A DNA stretch of 64,000 nt. Source: a virus. Below the pieces are notes generated by a model. It ran no database searches, was not told the DNA's origin, and worked only from the letters and a program-made list of their open reading frames with translations. Position numbers and translations under genes: made by a program. Shown here in pieces: positions 41,692 to 51,582 of this stretch. Every line of letters begins with the position of its first letter. The stretch's first letter is position 1. The stretch lies in IMG/VR virus record IMGVR_UViG_3300028844_002785, positions 1 through 64,000 of that record; one strand, 5' to 3'.

Positions 41692-43332
41692 ATGACTCAG
41701 TTATTTGGGTTCTCAATTGAGGAGCGCAAGAAGAAAGAAAAACTTTATTCACCCGCTCCTCCAAATAATGATGAAGGCACCTCCACAGTTGCGGCTGGTG
41801 CCTACTTTGGTCAGTATGTAGACCTTGATGGTATCCCCAAAAATAATAATGATTTTGAGTTAATTAAAAAGTACAGAGAAATTGCTCTTCACCCAGAGTG
41901 CGATAGTGCTATTGATGACATCATCAATGAATCTATTAGTAGTGACCTAGATTTTGCTCCTGTAAATATTGAGCTGTCTAACCTAGAAGTTGGTGATAAA
42001 ATCAAGAAACAGATTAGAGAAGAATTTAAACTTATTCTTAAGTTATTGGATTTTGATAAGAAGTGTCATAACATTTTCCGTCGATGGTATATTGATGGTA
42101 GAATGCACTATCATAAAATGATTGACTTTGAAAATCCTAAAGAAGGAATCAAAGAATTAAGATATATTGATGCACTAAAAATTAAAAAAGTAAGAGAAGT
42201 TGTAAAGAAAAAAGAAACTCTTGCAGATGTAGAAAGAGGACCTGCAGGAGAAAAATTTGATTATGGTGAAGTACTTGAATATTATATGTACTTTCCCCAT
42301 GGATATAAAGCAACTCAAGCAAAAGGACTAAAGATTGCTGATGATGCGATATGTGCTGTAAGTTCTGGTTTGATGGATCATAACAGGAACACTGTTTTAT
42401 CATTCCTACACAAAGCAATTAAATCTGTCAATCAACTCCGTATGATTGAGGATAGTCTCGTTATCTATAGATTGTCGCGTGCTCCAGAACGTCGTATTTT
42501 CTATATTGATGTTGGAAATCTACCTAAGATGAAAGCGGAACAATACCTAAAAGAGGTTATGAACCGTTATCGTAATAAGTTGGTATACGATTCAAATACT
42601 GGTGAAGTTCGTGATGATCGTAAGCACATGAGTATGCTTGAGGATTTTTGGTTGCCTCGTCGCGAAGGTGGTCGTGGTACTGAGATTACTACACTACCTG
42701 GTGGACAGAATTTAGGTGAACTAGAAGACGTTAAGTATTTTCAGAAAAAACTTTATAAGTCTTTGAATATTCCTCTTTCAAGACTCGAACAAGAATCGTC
42801 TTTCACTATTGGAAGATCAAATGAGATTACAAGAGACGAACTTAAGTTTGCTAAATTTGTTGGTCGTCTCCGCAAAAAGTTCTCAGAACTCTTTCATGAT
42901 CTTCTAAAAACTCAACTAGTTCTTAAGGGTATTATGACCCTAGAGGATTGGGAAGATTTGAAAGAAAATATTCAATATGATTTTATTTTTGATAATCATT
43001 TTACAGAACTAAAAGATAATGAACTTTTAACAGAAAGATTAAATACTGTTGGTTTGATGGAACCTTATCTTGGAAAATATTTTTCTGCTGATTATGTTCG
43101 TAAGCAAGTTCTTCACTTTACTGATGAAGAAATTGAAGAGATGGATATTCAAATAGAGAAAGAAAAATCACTCGGAATTATTCAGGATCCTATGGCAATG
43201 ATGGGTGATGAGATGGGTGGTCAACTTCCTCCATCAGAAGGTGGTGCGGAAAATGGTGCCGGCGGAAGTGACTTAGACAGTGCTTTTGCTGCAGCAATAT
43301 CATCTTCTGATTATAATAAAGGAAACATTTGA
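41692..43332 (+). CDS. gp20: Portal vertex protein gp20
   Basis: Motifs YRLSRAPERRIFYIDVGN and EDFWLPRREGGRGTEI. Confidence 0.98.
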   Translation: MTQLFGFSIEERKKKEKLYSPAPPNNDEGTSTVAAGAYFGQYVDLDGIPKNNNDFELIKKYREIALHPECDSAIDDIINESISSDLDFAPVNIELSNLEVGDKIKKQIREEFKLILKLLDFDKKCHNIFRRWYIDGRMHYHKMIDFENPKEGIKELRYIDALKIKKVREVVKKKETLADVERGPAGEKFDYGEVLEYYMYFPHGYKATQAKGLKIADDAICAVSSGLMDHNRNTVLSFLHKAIKSVNQLRMIEDSLVIYRLSRAPERRIFYIDVGNLPKMKAEQYLKEVMNRYRNKLVYDSNTGEVRDDRKHMSMLEDFWLPRREGGRGTEITTLPGGQNLGELEDVKYFQKKLYKSLNIPLSRLEQESSFTIGRSNEITRDELKFAKFVGRLRKKFSELFHDLLKTQLVLKGIMTLEDWEDLKENIQYDFIFDNHFTELKDNELLTERLNTVGLMEPYLGKYFSADYVRKQVLHFTDEEIEEMDIQIEKEKSLGIIQDPMAMMGDEMGGQLPPSEGGAENGAGGSDLDSAFAAAISSSDYNKGNI

Positions 43333-43360
43333 TAAATAAAAGAGTAGGTTAAGTATTATT

Positions 43361-43624
43361 ATGACTACTGTATCAAAAGAAATTGTTGATGCTATTCTAA
43401 GCAAAGATAATTTTAATGCCAATGAAAAAATTTATGATGCTCTTTACGGAAAAAGTTCTGAACAATTGCAGACTCGCAAAGTAGAAATTGCGAAACAGTT
43501 TTTTGATCCTGATGCTACAAATACGCAGGACACAGAAACTAACATTGCAGATGAAACTCCTGAGGCTTCTGCTAATAGTGAAGAACCTGAAAAACAAGAA
43601 ACCGAGGAAACACCAGAACAATGA
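43361..43624 (+). CDS. Small acidic prohead core protein (gp67/gp68 position)
   Basis: Lies between gp20 and gp21; Glu-rich tail. Confidence 0.7.
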   Translation: MTTVSKEIVDAILSKDNFNANEKIYDALYGKSSEQLQTRKVEIAKQFFDPDATNTQDTETNIADETPEASANSEEPEKQETEETPEQ

Positions 43625-44274
43625 AACTTATCTCCGAAGAAATTGTAGACGTTCAGTTTGTTACTGAAGATGCTAACGGTAAAAAAAGTCATTTTATTGA
43701 GGGAGTATTTCTCCAATCTGACATTAGAAATCGTAATGGTAGAATGTATCCTTTCGATACTCTAGACCGTGAGGTGTCAAAGTATAATGAAAACTACATT
43801 CAACGAGGTAGGGCCTTGGGTGAACTCGGTCATCCTGATGGTCCAACCATCAATTTAGATCGAGTATCACATAAAATCGTATCATTACGTGCCGAAGGAA
43901 AAAACTTTATCGGTAAAGCAAAACTTCTAGAAACCCCAATGGGTAAAATCGCGAAGAATTTGTTAGACGAAGGAGTAAAACTAGGTGTATCTTCTAGAGG
44001 ACTTGGGTCCATTGAGAAGAGAGGTGATACTAATATCGTTAAAGATGATTTTATGCTCTCTACTGCTGCAGATATTGTAGCAGATCCTTCCGCGCCTGAT
44101 GCTTTTGTTGAGGGTATTATGGAAGGAGCAGAGTGGGTTTGGGACAATGGAATCTGGCAACAGTCAGCACTCGAAAAGGCCAAACACCATATCGAGTCTT
44201 CTTCAAGGAATGACTTGACAGAAAGAAAGTTAAAAATGTTTGAAAGCTTTCTCTGTAACTTAAAAATTTCATAA
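43621..44274 (+). CDS. gp21: Prohead protease gp21
   Basis: Motifs ALGELGHP, GVSSRGLGS, DIVADPSAPDAFV. Confidence 0.97.
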   Translation: MKLISEEIVDVQFVTEDANGKKSHFIEGVFLQSDIRNRNGRMYPFDTLDREVSKYNENYIQRGRALGELGHPDGPTINLDRVSHKIVSLRAEGKNFIGKAKLLETPMGKIAKNLLDEGVKLGVSSRGLGSIEKRGDTNIVKDDFMLSTAADIVADPSAPDAFVEGIMEGAEWVWDNGIWQQSALEKAKHHIESSSRNDLTERKLKMFESFLCNLKIS

Positions 44275-44312
44275 ATATTATTAGAAAATACCATTTTCTT
44301 CGAGGAGAAACC

Positions 44313-45332
44313 ATGTCCGACAAAAATATTGAATTAGAAGAATCTTCGGTGACTGCTAACGCAAAAGCCGGCGATCCTATGCCAAAGATTGACAACACTG
44401 TACCAGGTCAGACTGGTTCTGCTGAAGATCTTGGTGGTCCATTAACTAAGCCTTCACCAGGTACTGAAGAAACACCAGGTAAGAAAGTTTCTGCGAAAGC
44501 ATCGAAAGTTTCTAACGTGGTTAACAAGACTGGTGGTACACCAGATCCAATGCCAACCATTGATGGTTCCGCACCTGGACAATCAGGCGTCAAGGAAGAG
44601 ACCGAAGAAGTAGAAGAAATTTCAATCGATGTCACACAAGATGTCGAAGCACTTCTACAAGGAGAAGAATTCTCCGACGAGTTTAAATTTAAAGCAGCAA
44701 CCATTTTTGAAGCCGCTGTTAAAGCGAAGGTTGTTGAAGAAGTAGAAAAAATTCAAAAGACTTTTGAAGAAAAACTTCAGCAAGAAGTTGCTGAAGTCAA
44801 AGAGTCAGTAGAAACTAGAGTTGAATCACATCTTGACTACGTTGCAGAACAATGGGTCAAGGAAAATCAACTTGCGGTTGACACTGGTCTCCGCAGTGAA
44901 TTGAGTGAAGAGTTTATCCTTGGTCTCAAGGGACTCTTTGAACAACATTATGTCGATATCCCTGAAGATAAGTATGACGTTCTCGGAGAAATGTCCGAGA
45001 AATTAGATGAAATGGAAGAGAAACTCAACGAGCAAATCGAAACAAACGTTGGTCTTAATGCGACCCTCGGAACTTATATTAGAAATGGAGCAATTGCAGA
45101 AATTTCCGAAGGTCTTGCTCAGACACAAAGAGAAAAGCTTGCCTCTCTCGCAGAAGGTGTTGAGTTCGTTAGTGAAGAATCTTATCGTGAAAAGATCGTG
45201 ACGATCAAGGAAAACTATTTTCCTAGAACACAAGCTTCATCTTCTGAAGATCTTGTAACAGAAGCTCAGGTTATCTCAGCTGAAGGTCCTATGGCTGCAT
45301 ATGCCGCCGCCCTTTCTAAATGGTCTAACTGA
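44313..45332 (+). CDS. gp22: Prohead core scaffold gp22
   Basis: Motifs KAATIFEAAV and YLDYV-like HLDYVAEQW; acidic; position. Confidence 0.94.
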   Translation: MSDKNIELEESSVTANAKAGDPMPKIDNTVPGQTGSAEDLGGPLTKPSPGTEETPGKKVSAKASKVSNVVNKTGGTPDPMPTIDGSAPGQSGVKEETEEVEEISIDVTQDVEALLQGEEFSDEFKFKAATIFEAAVKAKVVEEVEKIQKTFEEKLQQEVAEVKESVETRVESHLDYVAEQWVKENQLAVDTGLRSELSEEFILGLKGLFEQHYVDIPEDKYDVLGEMSEKLDEMEEKLNEQIETNVGLNATLGTYIRNGAIAEISEGLAQTQREKLASLAEGVEFVSEESYREKIVTIKENYFPRTQASSSEDLVTEAQVISAEGPMAAYAAALSKWSN

Positions 45333-45338
45333 GTTTTC

Positions 45339-45346
45339 TATAAATA
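45339..45346 (+). promoter_or_regulatory. Late promoter TATAAATA for gp23
   Basis: Exact consensus. Confidence 0.85.
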
Positions 45347-45389
45347 ATTCAGATTCCTAACATAACAAACAACTAGGAGAAATTCCCAA

Positions 45390-46760
45390 ATGTATAATTC
45401 AGAAAACCTTCAAGAGAAGTGGGCTCCCGTACTCGAGCACACCGGTCTTGATAACATCAAAGACAATCATAGACGCGCAGTTACCGCTGTTCTTCTAGAA
45501 AACCAAGAACGTTTCATGCAAGAAGAGCGTGGAATGCTTACTGAGACTCCAACCAACTCTGCTGGTACTGGTGGTTTTTCAGGTTCAGGTGCTAACCCAC
45601 CTGTTGCTGGTTTCGATCCTGTTCTAATCAGCTTGATCCGCCGTTCAATGCCTAAGTTGATGGCATATGACATCTGCGGTGTCCAACCAATGTCTGGTCC
45701 TACTGGACTTATCTTCGCAATGCGTTCACAACGTGGTACTGACCGCGATGGTAACGGTGCGACCCCTAACGTATTCACTAACGAAGCATTCTACAACGAG
45801 ACTCCAACTGGATTCTCTGCTGATGACGGTGCATATTCTGCCGCAACTGGCGAAGCTGAAACCAACCCTTCAGTTCTTAACGCTTCTTCACCTGGTAACT
45901 ATGCCGCTGTCGGTGGTATGAACACCGCGACTCAGGAAGCACTTGGATCTTCTTCAGGAACCGCTTTCCGCGAGATGTCATTCTCGATTGAGAAAGTTGC
46001 TGTTGAAGCAAAAGGTCGCGCTCTGAAAGCTGAGTATTCACTAGAACTCGCTCAAGACCTTAAGGCGATCCATGGTCTTGACGCTGAAGCAGAACTTGCT
46101 AACATTCTTTCTGCTGAAGTTCTTGCTGAAATCAACCGTGAAGTTGTACGTACAATCTACGTAACTGCAAAACCAGGTGCTCAGAACAACGTTGCTAACG
46201 CAGGTTCATTCGACCTAGACGTTGACTCCAACGGTCGTTGGATGGCAGAGAAGTTCAAAGGACTTATCTACCAGATTGAAAGAGATGCTAACGCGATCGG
46301 TCAAGAGACTCGTCGCGGGAAGGGTAACTTCATCGTCTGTTCTGCAGACGTTGCAAGTGCTCTAGGTATGGCAGGCGTTCTTGATTACGCACCTGCTCTA
46401 GGTGGTAACAACGGTTTGGCAGGTGTTGATGACACCGAGTCAACTCTAGTTGGTACACTTAACGGTCGTATTAAGGTCTATGTTGATCCTTACTCTGCTA
46501 ACATTGCAGACGATCACTTCTACGTCATGGGTTATAAGGGTACTTCTGCATATGATGCAGGTCTCTTCTACTGCCCATACGTTCCTCTCCAGATGGTCCG
46601 TTCCATCGGTCAGGACACATTCCAACCAAAGATTGGTTTCAAGACTCGCTACGGCATGGTCGCGAACCCATTCTCCCGTGGAACCACTCAGTCAAGCGCT
46701 GCATTGACTGCAAACGCAAACGTCTACTACAGACGTACTCGCGTTCTCAACCTTATGTGA
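45390..46760 (+). CDS. gp23: Major capsid protein gp23
   Basis: Motifs GVQPMSGPTGLIFAMR, ELAQDLKAIHGLDAE, FQPKIGFKTRYG. Confidence 0.99.
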   Translation: MYNSENLQEKWAPVLEHTGLDNIKDNHRRAVTAVLLENQERFMQEERGMLTETPTNSAGTGGFSGSGANPPVAGFDPVLISLIRRSMPKLMAYDICGVQPMSGPTGLIFAMRSQRGTDRDGNGATPNVFTNEAFYNETPTGFSADDGAYSAATGEAETNPSVLNASSPGNYAAVGGMNTATQEALGSSSGTAFREMSFSIEKVAVEAKGRALKAEYSLELAQDLKAIHGLDAEAELANILSAEVLAEINREVVRTIYVTAKPGAQNNVANAGSFDLDVDSNGRWMAEKFKGLIYQIERDANAIGQETRRGKGNFIVCSADVASALGMAGVLDYAPALGGNNGLAGVDDTESTLVGTLNGRIKVYVDPYSANIADDHFYVMGYKGTSAYDAGLFYCPYVPLQMVRSIGQDTFQPKIGFKTRYGMVANPFSRGTTQSSAALTANANVYYRRTRVLNLM

Positions 46761-46781
46761 TTCGTTTTTCACATTCTTTCG

Positions 46782-46809
46782 GAGGGTCCCAAAGGGGCCC
46801 TCTTTTTTT
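46782..46809 (+). terminator. Rho-independent terminator after gp23, overlapping the late promoter TATAAATA (46809-46816) for gp3
   Basis: gagggtccc-aaa-ggggccctc followed by a T-tract. Confidence 0.88.
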
Positions 46810-46829
46810 ATAAATAATTCTAAAACATT

Positions 46830-47354
46830 ATGGCATATTTTGCTGACAATCCAAACTGTCCTTCCAACTTTCTTTCTGGAATAGGATTTCAGTTTAATTT
46901 AAAAAAATTGCCTGGAGTATCTTTCTACTGTCAATCTGCTAATATACCTTCAGTAAATTTATCCGTTGCTATGCAAGCAACTAGGTTTAATGCGATTCCA
47001 GAACCAGGAGATGAAGTTAACTATGATGATCTTTCTATAAGATTTTTAGTAGATGAAAAACTAGTAAACTATAAATCTATTCATAATTGGATTAGATATC
47101 TAGGACATCCAGAAGGAGAAAAAGACTGGACCGATTATTCTGATGGAGATTCTTATCAAGAAAAACAATATAGTGATGGTCAAATATTTGTATTAGATAG
47201 TAATTTTAATAGAAAATTTGAAATTTATTTCAAAGATTTATTTCCAGTATCTTTGGGAGGATTAAATTTTGATGCTACATATACAGACACTGAGTATTTT
47301 GCTGTAGATGCTACATTTAAATATACTATCTATGATATAAAGGATGTAAGTTAG
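46830..47354 (+). CDS. gp3: Tail completion / tube terminator gp3
   Basis: Motifs NFLSGIGFQF, FYCQSANIP, FKDLFPVSL. Confidence 0.88.
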   Translation: MAYFADNPNCPSNFLSGIGFQFNLKKLPGVSFYCQSANIPSVNLSVAMQATRFNAIPEPGDEVNYDDLSIRFLVDEKLVNYKSIHNWIRYLGHPEGEKDWTDYSDGDSYQEKQYSDGQIFVLDSNFNRKFEIYFKDLFPVSLGGLNFDATYTDTEYFAVDATFKYTIYDIKDVS

Positions 47355-47381
47355 CCTAGATAAGATACTGATTGATTTTAT

Positions 47382-47813
47382 ATGATAACACTTGACGACA
47401 TTAAATCCCAATGGGCTGAAGACTCAAAAATTGAACAAGATCTACTAGACGAAGAATCAATTAAAATTCCCCAACTACACAGCAAGTATTTAAATTACTT
47501 GTCTGATGTTAGGTTGTTAAAAATAAAAAAGGACCATGAATATAAATCTCTACTCAGAGATAAGTTTGAGTATTACACAGGTAAATCAGAACCAAGTGTG
47601 TACCAAGAAAAACCGTTTGACTTAAAAGTACTGAAGTCAGACCTAGGATTGTATATGGATTCTGATCCTGAATTACAGCTTCTACAAACTCGCATAAATT
47701 ATTATGAAGAGATTATGTTTTTTCTTGAAAAAGTTCTCCAATGTTTAAACAACAGAGGATTTCAAATCAAGAATAGTATTGACTGGCAAAAATTTATGCA
47801 AGGTAGTATTTAA
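47382..47813 (+). CDS. uvsY: Recombination mediator UvsY
   Basis: Motifs KIPQLHSKY and RGFQIKNSIDWQKF. Confidence 0.92.
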   Translation: MITLDDIKSQWAEDSKIEQDLLDEESIKIPQLHSKYLNYLSDVRLLKIKKDHEYKSLLRDKFEYYTGKSEPSVYQEKPFDLKVLKSDLGLYMDSDPELQLLQTRINYYEEIMFFLEKVLQCLNNRGFQIKNSIDWQKFMQGSI

Positions 47814-49288
47814 TGACTGATGTAGTTATTCAAAAGAAAAATGAAGTATATTTAACTGTTGAGTGTGAACCGCATATTAAATATGAACTGTCGGAGTATT
47901 TTACATTTGAAGTTCCAAATGCAAAGTTCATGCCTCAATATAAAAAAAGATTGTGGGATGGTACAATTAAATTGTTCAGTCCAGCTGATGGAAAAATATA
48001 CTGTGGTTTGTATGACTACCTAGTTGAATGGTTAGATTCCAGAGAGTATAGTTACGAAAACAAAGATAATGAATATTATGGTTTACCACAAGAAACCAAT
48101 GATTTAATATCAGTTAATGGTATAGTAGATTTTGTTAAGAGTTTAAATATACCTTTCAAGGTAAGAGACTATCAATACTATGCTATTTTTCAGGCATTAA
48201 AATATAATCGTAGGTTATTATTATCTCCAACTGCATCGGGTAAGTCATTAATGATTTATTCTATTACTAGATTTTTTGCAAATAGAGGAGATAGAATATT
48301 AATTGTTGTACCTACTACATCATTAGTTGAACAGATGTGTGGTGACTTTGATACGTATGGTTGGTCTTCTGAAGATAACTGTCATAAAATTTATGCCGGT
48401 AAAGATAAACAAACTAATAAACAAGTAGTAGTAACAACTTGGCAATCAATATATAAATTACCTAAAAGTTATTTTGAACAATTTGATTGTATTATTGGAG
48501 ATGAAGCACATTTATTTAAAGCAAAATCTCTAATCAATATTATGACCAAGTTACATAATTGTAAACATCGTATTGGATTTACTGGAACTCTAGATGGATC
48601 AAGTACAAACCAACTTGTATTGGAGGGATTGTTTGGACCAGTCAATAAAGTTATTAAGACAAAACAACTAATTGATAAAGGTCATCTATCAGCATTAAAA
48701 ATTAATATTTTATTATTACAACATCCAGAATTATTATTTGATTCATATCAAGATGAGATGGATCATATCTGTACTATGGATAAGAGAAATAAATTTATTA
48801 AAAAACTTACATTAAATCAAACTGGTAATACTCTTATCTTATTTGCATATGTAGAGAAGCATGGTCAAGTACTTTACGATATGATAAATAGCAGTGTATC
48901 AGAGAATAGAAAGGTATTCTTTGTCCATGGTGGTGTAGATACTGAGGATAGAGAAGAGGTTAGACAAATTACAGAGACCCAAGATGATGCTATAATTATT
49001 GCTTCATATGGAACATTCTCTACTGGCATTAATATTAAAAAATTACATAACATTGTATTTGCCAGTCCTAGTAAATCAAGAATAAGAAATTTACAATCAA
49101 TAGGAAGAGCTCTTCGTAAAAGCAATCAAAAAGAAATAGCAACATTATTTGATATTGCAGACGATTTCACAAAAGGAGATAGAAGAAACTATACATTAAA
49201 TCATATGGTAGAAAGAGTAAAAACTTACTCTCAAGAAAATTTTAATTATGAGATTATTCCAATCAATTTTAGGAGAAAGGAAGAATGA
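47813..49288 (+). CDS. uvsW: UvsW SF2 helicase
   Basis: Motifs SPTASGKS, DEAH, GTFSTGINI, QSIGR. Confidence 0.97.
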   Translation: MTDVVIQKKNEVYLTVECEPHIKYELSEYFTFEVPNAKFMPQYKKRLWDGTIKLFSPADGKIYCGLYDYLVEWLDSREYSYENKDNEYYGLPQETNDLISVNGIVDFVKSLNIPFKVRDYQYYAIFQALKYNRRLLLSPTASGKSLMIYSITRFFANRGDRILIVVPTTSLVEQMCGDFDTYGWSSEDNCHKIYAGKDKQTNKQVVVTTWQSIYKLPKSYFEQFDCIIGDEAHLFKAKSLINIMTKLHNCKHRIGFTGTLDGSSTNQLVLEGLFGPVNKVIKTKQLIDKGHLSALKINILLLQHPELLFDSYQDEMDHICTMDKRNKFIKKLTLNQTGNTLILFAYVEKHGQVLYDMINSSVSENRKVFFVHGGVDTEDREEVRQITETQDDAIIIASYGTFSTGINIKKLHNIVFASPSKSRIRNLQSIGRALRKSNQKEIATLFDIADDFTKGDRRNYTLNHMVERVKTYSQENFNYEIIPINFRRKEE

Positions 49289-49680
49289 TGATTCAAGAAT
49301 TTATCGGAATGCTAAAGTTAGTTAGTGGTGAAGAAATTATTGGTAGAGTATTAGTATGTGAAGAAGAGAATGGATTTGTTATTGAGAATCCATTTAGTGT
49401 AGAAGAAACTATTATTGAAACACCAGCTGGTGAAATGGTAAAGATAGATTTGAGACCATGGGTTAAATTCTCTAGAGAAGAAATTCTATTTGTAGAGAAA
49501 GAAAAAACAATAACTATCTATGAAGCAGATGATAGAATAGAAAAGATATACAATAGAACATTACGTAAATATTTCTTTCAAGAAGATACAAGTAAATTAG
49601 ATCTTAATGAAGAGATGGGATTTAAAAATAAAGTAAATGATGCAAGAGATAGCTTAGAGAAGATCTTTAAAGATAGCTAA
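49285..49680 (+). CDS. Conserved hypothetical protein (Sm-like barrel), 131 aa
   Basis: LKLVSGEEII..., LRPW; usual position between uvsW and gp55. Confidence 0.8.
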   Translation: MMIQEFIGMLKLVSGEEIIGRVLVCEEENGFVIENPFSVEETIIETPAGEMVKIDLRPWVKFSREEILFVEKEKTITIYEADDRIEKIYNRTLRKYFFQEDTSKLDLNEEMGFKNKVNDARDSLEKIFKDS

Positions 49681-49706
49681 GTTGTTCTCTGAACCTTAGC
49701 AGAGTT

Positions 49707-49735
49707 ATTATACAGACATTTTAACCACTTGTCAA
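49707..49735 (-). promoter_or_regulatory. Perfect sigma70 promoter TTGACA-N17-TATAAT on the minus strand (antisense)
   Basis: Plus-strand tgtcaa at 49730-49735 and attata at 49707-49712. Confidence 0.7.
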
Positions 49736-49757
49736 GTCTTTGATAATGTGGTATACT
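49729..49757 (+). promoter_or_regulatory. Sigma70-like promoter for gp55: TTGTCA-N17-TATACT with extended -10 TG
   Basis: Read directly. Confidence 0.7.
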
Positions 49758-49793
49758 ACTAACAATTACGAAAGCTAATAGCTGACATGTACC

Positions 49794-50264
49794 ATGAAGA
49801 AAAAAGAACATTATGTAAACAATAAAGAATTTTTAGAAGCTATTACAGTTTATAGAAACAAAGTCATTAAGGCAAAAGAATCAGGTGAAACAAGACCAAG
49901 AGTACCAGAATACATTGGAGAATGTTTTTTAAAGATTGCAACACACCTATCATACAGACCAAACTTTGTTAACTATATGTTCAAAGATGATATGATTTGT
50001 GACGGTATTGAAAACTGTTTACAATACATTGATAATTTTGATCCAGAAAAATCTTCTAATCCATTTGCTTATTTTACTCAAATTATTTACTTTGCATTCT
50101 TACGTAGAATACAGAGAGAGAAAAAACAATTAGATATTAAAACACGAATCCTAGAGAAGTCTGGATTTGATGAAGTGTTTAGCGCAGATAGTTCGGTGTT
50201 AGGATATGATTCTTCTACGATGAATAGTATTAAAGAGTCCCTTGAAATTAAAGTTAATCGATGA
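49794..50264 (+). CDS. gp55: Late sigma factor gp55
   Basis: Motifs HYVNNKEF and NPFAYFTQIIYFAFLRRIQREKKQ. Confidence 0.97.
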   Translation: MKKKEHYVNNKEFLEAITVYRNKVIKAKESGETRPRVPEYIGECFLKIATHLSYRPNFVNYMFKDDMICDGIENCLQYIDNFDPEKSSNPFAYFTQIIYFAFLRRIQREKKQLDIKTRILEKSGFDEVFSADSSVLGYDSSTMNSIKESLEIKVNR

Positions 50265-51310
50265 CCATTGCCCTTATTACTGATCAACATCTTGATGGGA
50301 GAAAAAACTCTCAAGTGTTCTGGGATTATTTCTTAAAATTTTATGATAATGTATTCTTTCCTTCTTTAGATAAGTATAAAATAAAAAATATTATTGATCT
50401 CGGTGATACGTTCGATAATAGAAAAAATATTGATCTTGCTGCATGGCATCGTATTAAGAAACACTATTATGATAAGTTAGCAGAACGTGGTATACGTGTT
50501 CATATGATTGTTGGTAATCATACTGCATATTATAAAAATACAAATAAAATTAATACACCAGAATTACTTTTAAATAGTTACGGTAACATTCATATCTATA
50601 GTGAGGTTGAAGATATTACTATAGAAGGATTAAAAATAACGATGCTTCCGTGGATTAATTCTGAAAATTATGATAAAGTTTTTAATCACTTAAACAACAC
50701 TGACTCTAAAATTATTATGGGTCATCTTGAGATCGATGGATTTCAAGCTATACCTGGTCATGTGTTTGAGGGTGGATTAAAATCAGAATCATTTAATAAA
50801 TTTGATAAAGTTTTTTCAGGACATTTTCACCATAAATCAGAAAGGGGGAATATAAAATACCTTGGAAATCCATATGAACTTTTTTGGAATGATTATAAAG
50901 CAGAAAGAGGATTTCATTTACTAGATGCTAAGACTCAGAAACTAGGATTTATTAAAAACCCATATCGTATTTTTAATAAAATATTTTATAATGATGTAAA
51001 AAATAATTATAAAAATTTTAATGCTTCTGAATATAAAGATATGTACATTAAAATTTTTATAGAAGAAAGAAATGATAATAACTTATTTGAACAAGTTTTA
51101 GAAAAATTATATGACACAGGTGTACATGATATTAAAGTTATTGAAACTGATAATTTAAACTTAGATAACTCTGAAGAAACTTTTGAGGGTGAGGATACCC
51201 TTACTACTCTCAATAGATATATAGATGAAACAGAGAATATAAATCTTAATAAAAATAGTATTAAAAATATTATTAAATCGATTTATGTTGAGGCTTGCGA
51301 GGTGCAATAA
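50261..51310 (+). CDS. gp47: Recombination endonuclease subunit gp47 (Mre11/SbcD-like)
   Basis: Motifs DQH, DLGDTFD, GNH, SGHFH. Confidence 0.95.
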   Translation: MTIALITDQHLDGRKNSQVFWDYFLKFYDNVFFPSLDKYKIKNIIDLGDTFDNRKNIDLAAWHRIKKHYYDKLAERGIRVHMIVGNHTAYYKNTNKINTPELLLNSYGNIHIYSEVEDITIEGLKITMLPWINSENYDKVFNHLNNTDSKIIMGHLEIDGFQAIPGHVFEGGLKSESFNKFDKVFSGHFHHKSERGNIKYLGNPYELFWNDYKAERGFHLLDAKTQKLGFIKNPYRIFNKIFYNDVKNNYKNFNASEYKDMYIKIFIEERNDNNLFEQVLEKLYDTGVHDIKVIETDNLNLDNSEETFEGEDTLTTLNRYIDETENINLNKNSIKNIIKSIYVEACEVQ

Positions 51311-51582
51311 TGTTTATTCTCACGATGTCAGATGAAACTGAAGGAGCATATGCCGTTATAACACAGGAAGGTGAAAAAGTCCTTCAGTTGTTTGAAACTA
51401 GTGATGATGCTGAACGGTATGTTGGACTTTTAGAAGCAGATGGATTTCCATCTGTTGAAGCAACTGAGATTGAGAGTGAACAAGTAGTTGCGGCTTGTGA
51501 GAGATTCGGATATAATTATGTTATAATAACACCAAACGACTTTGTAATCCCACCAAAATTTGATTCGCATGATTTTATTTAA
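51310..51582 (+). CDS. Conserved hypothetical protein, 90 aa
   Basis: Motifs EGAYAV and DDAERY; lies between gp47 and gp46. Confidence 0.8.
   Translation: MFILTMSDETEGAYAVITQEGEKVLQLFETSDDAERYVGLLEADGFPSVEATEIESEQVVAACERFGYNYVIITPNDFVIPPKFDSHDFI

Noticed and set aside
40211-46707. Alternative-frame ORFs inside gp18, gp22 and gp23 (40211-40606, 45007-45201, 45667-45921, 46450-46707)
   Set aside because: Their Leu/Val/Met-rich translations are expected by-products of T/C-ending codon bias, and there is no local rare-codon shift like the one in gp44.
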